Assembly: GCA_042216015.1 (NCBI GenBank) | Contig: JBDGUI010000024.1 | Span: forward strand, 1 to 12,562 | Source: Halodesulfurarchaeum sp. | GTDB lineage: Archaea > Halobacteriota > Halobacteria > Halobacteriales > Halobacteriaceae | Reading direction: 5' to 3' | DNA: 12,562 nucleotides | In this document: one piece after another, positions 7,242 to 12,562 of the stretch | Layout of the letters: each line of letters opens with the position of its first letter | Position numbering within the stretch: the first letter of the stretch is position 1 | Position numbers and translations under genes: made by a program | The notes under the pieces: model-generated | Databases searched by the model: none | Seen by the model: only the letters and a program-made list of their open reading frames with translations | What the model was told of the DNA's origin: nothing

Positions 7242-9074
7242 ATGAGCAACACGGAACCGGTGGTCACCCGACTGTTCGGGGGCCCCGGGAGCGGCAAGAC
7301 GACGGCCCTCCTCGACCGGGTCGAAGATCTTCTCGAACGTGACGGCGTGGAGATGCGGGACATTCTGGTCGTCTCCTATACCCGGGCGGCCGCGGCCGAG
7401 GTCAGAGAGCGGCTGGCCGAGCGCCTCGACGAGAATCCACGGGCCCTGCGGGGCAACGTTTCGACGATGCACGCGAAGGCCTATGACCTCCTCAACCTCT
7501 CACGGGGGGACGTCGTGGGCGAATCCGAGAAGGAGGCGTTTTGTGAGGACTACGGGCTTCCCTACGAGGACGAGTACGCCTCTGGCTCCCGCCGGACGGC
7601 CAGGTCGACGACACTCGGGAACAAACTCATCGCGACGAGCCAGTGGCTCCAGCGCACCCGACGGGAGGTCGCAGACTGGTATGACATTCCCTTCCAGTGG
7701 AACGAGGACGAGGTACGCCTGCCCCCAGACATCGATCCGAACGCCCAGGTCGGCAACAAGTACACGCCGACCTGGTCGAGCGACGACGATCGGGTCGACA
7801 TTCCGGAGGCGATCAGGGCCTGGCGATCCTACAAGGGCTCGGAGGGCAAGGTCGGCTTCGCCGACATGCTCGAGCGGGTCGCCGAGCGCTCGCTTTTGCC
7901 GAACGTCGACCACCTCGTTATCGACGAATTTCAGGACATCACACAGCTCCAGTACGCCGTCTACGAGGAGTGGAAACCGCACATGGACACGGTCTTCATC
8001 GCGGGCGACGACGATCAGGTCGTCTACGCGTGGCAGGGCGCGGACCCGAAACTCCTCCTCGAGGAGGGGGGTGAGGACGTCATCCTGGACACCTCACACC
8101 GGCTCCCGTCGAACGTTCTCGAGGTGGTCCAGCAGGAGGTAACACACATCACCGAGCGCCAGGAGAAGAACCTCCGCCCCCGGACCAAGGGCGGCACGGT
8201 CGAGGCCGTGGAGAGCCCCTCGGTGCTCGATCTGGTTCGAAACGTCAGGAGCACCGTCGAGGCGAGCGAGGACGACACGGTCATGGTGCTCTTCCGGGCT
8301 CGCTATCAGCTCTTCGAGTTCGTCGAGGCCTTCATCGACGAGGGAATTCCGTTCAAGGCACTCACGGACCAGCGGCTCTGGACCGACCGACTGACGGACT
8401 ACGTCCGGGCCGTCGAGGCCCTGAACGAGGACGAACCGATCGATGGGCTGCAGGCCCGTCGCCTCGTCGACATGCTCCAGGATTCGGCCTTTGGCACCGG
8501 CGACCGAAACGAGATGCGTGACGCCCTGGACAAGCGCGAGGAGGAATCCGGCGTCGAGGACATCAAGTCCCTCGAAATCGAGCCGTCGTTCGTCCGCGAG
8601 TACGCGCCGTTCATGCCCCAGCCCCCGGCCGCGGCGGACATGCTCCGGAAGGTCACCCGCTATCAGCGCCAATCCATCGACGCGTACTTCCGTGGGGACT
8701 ATCTCGGCATGGAGCCGAATCGCGTTCGGGTCGGCACGATCCACAGCGCGAAGGGTCGCGAGGCGGACCACGTCTACGTCGCGACCGACCTCACCGAGAA
8801 GGTCGTCGAGCAGATGGCCGCGAGCGTCGGCGAGGACCTGCCCGACGGCCTCGAGTTCCCGAATCGTGGCGGCACCGTCCCCTATCTCACGGACAACGAG
8901 CGCCGGGTCTTCTACGTGGGGATGAGTCGGGCGCGAAACCGACTGGTGCTGCTCCAGAACCTCGTCGACGGCGCGCCGACCCTTCCGATCGACGTCCTCC
9001 TCCACGGTGAGCCCACCGGTGAGACCCTCGAAGACGCGATGGGTGCCCAGACGCCGGTCACGATCTCCCAGTAG
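7242..9074 (+). CDS. UvrD/Rep-like superfamily 1 ATP-dependent helicase (compact haloarchaeal type)
   Basis: SF1 motifs in order: I GGPGSGKT, Ia SYTRAAA, Ib STMHA, II IDEFQD, III AGDDDQVVYAW, IV SHR, IVa LFR, V TIHSAKGREAD, VI ERRVFYVGMSRAR. ATG at 7242 (alternative GTG at 7239). Confidence 0.93.
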   Translation: MSNTEPVVTRLFGGPGSGKTTALLDRVEDLLERDGVEMRDILVVSYTRAAAAEVRERLAERLDENPRALRGNVSTMHAKAYDLLNLSRGDVVGESEKEAFCEDYGLPYEDEYASGSRRTARSTTLGNKLIATSQWLQRTRREVADWYDIPFQWNEDEVRLPPDIDPNAQVGNKYTPTWSSDDDRVDIPEAIRAWRSYKGSEGKVGFADMLERVAERSLLPNVDHLVIDEFQDITQLQYAVYEEWKPHMDTVFIAGDDDQVVYAWQGADPKLLLEEGGEDVILDTSHRLPSNVLEVVQQEVTHITERQEKNLRPRTKGGTVEAVESPSVLDLVRNVRSTVEASEDDTVMVLFRARYQLFEFVEAFIDEGIPFKALTDQRLWTDRLTDYVRAVEALNEDEPIDGLQARRLVDMLQDSAFGTGDRNEMRDALDKREEESGVEDIKSLEIEPSFVREYAPFMPQPPAAADMLRKVTRYQRQSIDAYFRGDYLGMEPNRVRVGTIHSAKGREADHVYVATDLTEKVVEQMAASVGEDLPDGLEFPNRGGTVPYLTDNERRVFYVGMSRARNRLVLLQNLVDGAPTLPIDVLLHGEPTGETLEDAMGAQTPVTISQ

Positions 9075-9085
9075 CGGGAGTCGGT

Positions 9086-9136
9086 ATCGACCCAGCAATT
9101 AGGTTTGGCTTCCGACCTCCAATCGACCCAGCAATT
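9086..9136 (+). repeat. Exact 15-bp direct repeat ATCGACCCAGCAATT x2 (36-bp period)
   Basis: Copies at 9086-9100 and 9122-9136, followed by similar AGGTTT and CGGGTT. Confidence 0.9.
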
Positions 9137-9208
9137 CGGGTTGCGCTCTCGGGCTCCGTCCGGATCCGAACGGACAGGGCTTTGGCCCCGCCACCCGGAC
9201 TGGGGGGC

Positions 9209-9805
9209 ATGTTCACCGGCATCGTCGCCACCACCGGTTCCGTCACGAACGTCACGACGAACGCGGACGGGCGTCGGCTCCGGGTCGAATCCGACGAATT
9301 GGGTCCGTTCGCGCACGGCGAGAGCATCGCCGTCAACGGCGTCTGTCTCACCGTCGAGGAGTACGGATCGGACTGGTTTTCGGTCTTCACGGCCAGGGAG
9401 ACCCTCGAGAAGACGACCCTCGACGCGGTCGAAACGGGCGATCGGGTCAACCTGGAGCGCCCCCTTTCCGCCGACGGCACTTTCGACGGCCACATCGTCC
9501 AGGGCCACGTCGACACCACCACGACCGTCGAGGGAATCGAGCGGGTCGGCGAGGACTGGACGTTCACCTTCGCCCAACCCACGGGCTACGAGCGGTACCT
9601 CGCCGAGAAGGGGTCGGTGGCCATCGACGGCGTCAGCCTGACGGTCGCCGAACTGGACGATGCGGCCGGCACGTTCGACATCGCGATCATTCCGACGACC
9701 TACGAGGAGACCCGCTTTGGGGAGTACGCCGTCGGGGATCGGGTCAACGTCGAGGTGGACGTCATCGCGAAGTACGTCGAACGCCTGGCCGAAGCCGGGA
9801 ACTGA
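9209..9805 (+). CDS. ribE: Riboflavin synthase, bacterial/eukaryotic (alpha-chain, homotrimeric) type
   Basis: Diagnostic N-terminus MFTGIV; duplicated lumazine-binding repeats GESIAVNGVCLTV and KGSVAIDGVSLTV; GHIVQGHVD; VNLER and VNVEVD..AKY. Named ribE in the Bacillus convention, ribC in E. coli. Confidence 0.96.
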   Translation: MFTGIVATTGSVTNVTTNADGRRLRVESDELGPFAHGESIAVNGVCLTVEEYGSDWFSVFTARETLEKTTLDAVETGDRVNLERPLSADGTFDGHIVQGHVDTTTTVEGIERVGEDWTFTFAQPTGYERYLAEKGSVAIDGVSLTVAELDDAAGTFDIAIIPTTYEETRFGEYAVGDRVNVEVDVIAKYVERLAEAGN

Positions 9806-9851
9806 CCGGTCTCTCGATTCATCATTCAAGACTGCCCGGTCTCTGGACCCC

Positions 9852-10856
9852 TCACTCGGGGGTCTCCTCGTAGAACGCACTGGCCCCGACCTCCTCGAAT
9901 GCCCGCCGGTATCGCCGCAGTTTCGCATACAGCAACAGGAAGAAGACGCCGTCGAAGACGATGACGAACCCCACGAACCCGATCGCCTGAGGCAATCCCC
10001 CGAGGAAGGGAACGAACCCGAGCACGAAATCGAGGTTCGAGACCAGCGTGTTGTAGGTTCCGTGGATCGCGGCCGCGACGAGCAGGCCCTTGATGACGAT
10101 CGGGCCGCGGTTTTCCGGATTGAACTTCGCCAGTCCGAGGTAGTACCCGGCAAAGGCCGAATAGATCACGTGACCCGGTCCGGCGAAGGTCCGCATGGCG
10201 GCGATCTGGGCCGTCGGATCGACGAGGCCCGGGGACGCCGCACCGGCCGTCTGAAGGTATTCACGGGTGATATACAGCATGTTTTCGATGGCGGCGAATC
10301 CGAGGCCCGCGATCGCGCCGTAGATCGCGCCGTCGATGACGGCGTCGAAGTGGTCGGCCCGATAGGCGTGTATCCGGACCGCGAACAGCTTGACCGTCTC
10401 CTCGATCGGGCCGACAACCAGGAAGAAATAGAGGACGAGCCCGACGGCCCCGAGGCCGACGAACAATCCCTTCAGTGCCGTGTTGAAGATGGCGGCGAAC
10501 CCCGCGAAAAGCACGCCGAGGAGAAACGTGATCGCGAGGGTCTCGATGGGCTCGTACCTGACCACGTCCATTCGCCAGAGGAGCACGACCAGGAAGAAGG
10601 CGGGAACGACCGAGAGCGCGATGTAGAGGGCGAGAACCGGATTTTCGAGCGTGATGAGGCCCGTGATCGCGAACTGACTGGCGAGAATGGCGATGGCGAT
10701 GCCAATGACGGCCGCCCGGCCACCGGCCAGAATCGCGCTGTAGATGCTCGTGGACAGCCGATCCAGCCTCGTTCGTGGCTCCCAGGTCGCGATCTCCTGC
10801 AAGTCTCTATTCTCTCCGGCGGCCCACTCGATCGGGTCCCGGTCTCCGCGACTCAT
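9852..10856 (-). CDS. PrsW-family intramembrane glutamic/metalloprotease
   Basis: Start at ATG 10856 (MSRGDRDP). Multiple TM helices with motifs D...EP, GPIEETVK (EExxK), GLGFAAIEN, GH and AAIHGTYN. Confidence 0.9.
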   Translation of the reverse strand: MSRGDRDPIEWAAGENRDLQEIATWEPRTRLDRLSTSIYSAILAGGRAAVIGIAIAILASQFAITGLITLENPVLALYIALSVVPAFFLVVLLWRMDVVRYEPIETLAITFLLGVLFAGFAAIFNTALKGLFVGLGAVGLVLYFFLVVGPIEETVKLFAVRIHAYRADHFDAVIDGAIYGAIAGLGFAAIENMLYITREYLQTAGAASPGLVDPTAQIAAMRTFAGPGHVIYSAFAGYYLGLAKFNPENRGPIVIKGLLVAAAIHGTYNTLVSNLDFVLGFVPFLGGLPQAIGFVGFVIVFDGVFFLLLYAKLRRYRRAFEEVGASAFYEETPE

Positions 10857-10975
10857 AGCAGCCCCTTCAGGCGGCGGGGCCAAGATGATTCCGGCACTCG
10901 GGGAGGGGGAACCCCGGCCACGATCGAACCCGTCGGAACCGGGGAGTGATAATCCCCCGCGACCCAACGGGAAGC

Positions 10976-12433
10976 ATGACCGCCGGCGTCGAGGGCCCGA
11001 CCGTCCGGGTCCGCGGAATCTACGCGACCGCCCTGACGGAGTGGCTCCGAAGCGGGGGCGACGTCACGATCGTCGACCCCTCGCCCCCCATCGCAGCACG
11101 CTTCGAAACCGACTTCCCGACTGGCGATCCGACGGTGTCGATCGAGATGACCGACGATCGTCTCGGCCTCTCTGTCGGGGGCGAGCCCGATGGGACCGGG
11201 TCGGTCCGCGAGCGGATCGGCGAAATCGGGCGCGACGTTTTCTCCTGGGAGGACTCCCTTCCGAGCGGAGCGATCGTCGACGGGACCGTCACGCGCAGGA
11301 ATGGCCGCGGCGCCATCGTCGATCTCGGCGGGACCGATGGCCATCTGCCCGAACGGTCGATCGACGCCACTCTCGAGGAGGGCGAGCGGATCCGGGTGCA
11401 AATCCGCCATCCAGTTCCACCGTGGAGTGACTCCCGCCCCACGCTCGACACCGCGATTCGTGCGCCAGGGGGACTGGCGACGCTCCTCCGGGGTGTCGAG
11501 GCGACCGTGGCGGGAACCCCGTCCGGGTCTGCCGGCCGCGAACTGGCCCGCACCACCGAGATCCTGCCGGTGACGATACCCGCCCACTGGGGTGTCGAAT
11601 GGGGTCCCGGTGCGACCGGGGCCGATATGGAAGCCCTCGAGACAGCCCTCGCCAGGGTCGTCGACCTGGCACACGACATCGAGGGAGCACTCGAGGGGGG
11701 AGCGGAGCCGATCGCTGACGAATCGGCCCCCGACACGGACGGGGATCCGGTGGTGACACGGCCCAGATCGACCGTCTGGATCCGATTCGGCCGCGAATCG
11801 CGGTTCGCGATGGACGACGTACGGGGGGCGGTGACCGAGACGATACCGGGCCATCACCGGATCAAGGCGGGGGGCGAGGACGCCGCCACGGGCGTCGACT
11901 TCGTCGAGGCACTGGGCACTGCTCCGGACGAGTTTCCCTTTGGGGCCGTCACGGAAGCATTTGGACCCATCGTGGGCGACGCCGTCCGGATCGTTCACGC
12001 CAAGCCGGATGGCGACGAGTTCGCCCTGGGCCGGGGAACCGTCACCGACCGAACGGTCGAGAAGGCACGGATCACCGTCGAACGCGAGCTGTCGAGTTCG
12101 GGTACCTACGACGCCATCGGCACCGAGCGGGAGCCCGGTGACACGGCGACGACCCGCTTCGCCGAGGGGCGCTGGTGGTATCCGACCGTCTACCGCGGCG
12201 AGGGAGGCGAGTCGAAGGGCACCTACGTCAACGTGGCCACGCCCGTCGAGATCTTCCCCTCGGCGGTCCGGTACGTCGATCTCTACGTCGACGTGGTGAA
12301 ACGGCCGGACGGGGCCGTCGAGATCGTGGATCGGGAGGAACTCGACGCGGCGCGGGAGGCCGGTCACGTTCCCGAGGCGGCCGCGGAGAAGGCCGTGGAC
12401 GTGGCCGAGCGGGTGGCGGAGGGGCTCGAGTAG
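10976..12433 (+). CDS. FAU-1 / AU-binding RNA-binding protein, probable ribonuclease (S1-like domain and C-terminal DUF402)
   Basis: N-terminal VRVRGIYATALT, S1-like GAIVDLG, GHHRIK, and DUF402 motifs KGTYVNVATPVEIFP..VRYVDLYVDVV...D.EEL; ATG at 10976, TAG at 12431-12433. Confidence 0.9.
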   Translation: MTAGVEGPTVRVRGIYATALTEWLRSGGDVTIVDPSPPIAARFETDFPTGDPTVSIEMTDDRLGLSVGGEPDGTGSVRERIGEIGRDVFSWEDSLPSGAIVDGTVTRRNGRGAIVDLGGTDGHLPERSIDATLEEGERIRVQIRHPVPPWSDSRPTLDTAIRAPGGLATLLRGVEATVAGTPSGSAGRELARTTEILPVTIPAHWGVEWGPGATGADMEALETALARVVDLAHDIEGALEGGAEPIADESAPDTDGDPVVTRPRSTVWIRFGRESRFAMDDVRGAVTETIPGHHRIKAGGEDAATGVDFVEALGTAPDEFPFGAVTEAFGPIVGDAVRIVHAKPDGDEFALGRGTVTDRTVEKARITVERELSSSGTYDAIGTEREPGDTATTRFAEGRWWYPTVYRGEGGESKGTYVNVATPVEIFPSAVRYVDLYVDVVKRPDGAVEIVDREELDAAREAGHVPEAAAEKAVDVAERVAEGLE

Positions 12434-12562
12434 GCAAGTGTCTGGCTGAGGGCCTCGGGTAGCCGGGTGAAAATTTCGCGGAAGACCGTGGTAGTGGTAC
12501 TTTCAGGTTCAGATTCTGGGGGACCCCTCAATACTCAGAGGAATTCATGTGTGATGGATACA

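Noticed and set aside
9086..9136. 15-bp repeat pair considered as a mini-CRISPR
   Set aside because: Only two copies, with a 15-nt repeat and 21-nt spacer that are too short, and no cas genes in the window.
9075..9208. FMN riboswitch upstream of riboflavin synthase
   Set aside because: None of the RFN consensus blocks (GGGTGAAATTCCC, AGCCCGCGA, AGTCCGGATG) is present.
618..12367. Long antisense or alternative-frame ORFs (e.g. 618-2294, 3158-4885, 4859-6331, 8094-9098, 8912-10153, 9660-10949, 10853-12367)
   Set aside because: They shadow well-supported genes, lack recognisable motifs, and are the expected artefact of high-GC codon bias that depletes stop codons in other frames.
12455..12562. 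Superficial FMN-riboswitch-like words (GGGTGAAAATTTC, GACCGTGGTA, CAGATTCTGG) and an ORB-like G-string
   Set aside because: Required pairings and the remaining conserved RFN blocks are missing, there is no TTCCAxxxGAAAC ORB core, and no cdc6 gene is visible. Probably chance.

Overview
High-GC DNA encoding acidic proteins, consistent with the core chromosome of a haloarchaeon (class Halobacteria; genus not assignable). Twelve protein-coding genes are supported. In order: the 3' end of acetyl-CoA synthetase; ABCE1/RLI ribosome-recycling ATPase coupled to an EMC6-like small membrane protein; a small winged-HTH regulator; a PIN-ATPase-KH protein (PINA-like); an M32 carboxypeptidase; two CxxC/CPxC zinc-finger microproteins; a compact UvrD-like SF1 helicase; a bacterial-type riboflavin synthase; a PrsW-family membrane protease; and a FAU-1/DUF402 RNA-binding nuclease. 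I see no mobile element, CRISPR array, tRNA or rRNA, and no clear new multi-gene system; the gene content looks like conserved housekeeping. The most interesting unexplained signals are non-coding. They are a repeat- and palindrome-dense region upstream of riboflavin synthase (9075-9208), a ~79-nt branched fold with a GNRA-capped hairpin upstream of the helicase (7113-7191), a G-quadruplex-type motif in the divergent HTH/EMC6-ABCE1 intergenic region, and a palindrome over the probable FAU-1 TATA box. All structures were found by eye, not computed.
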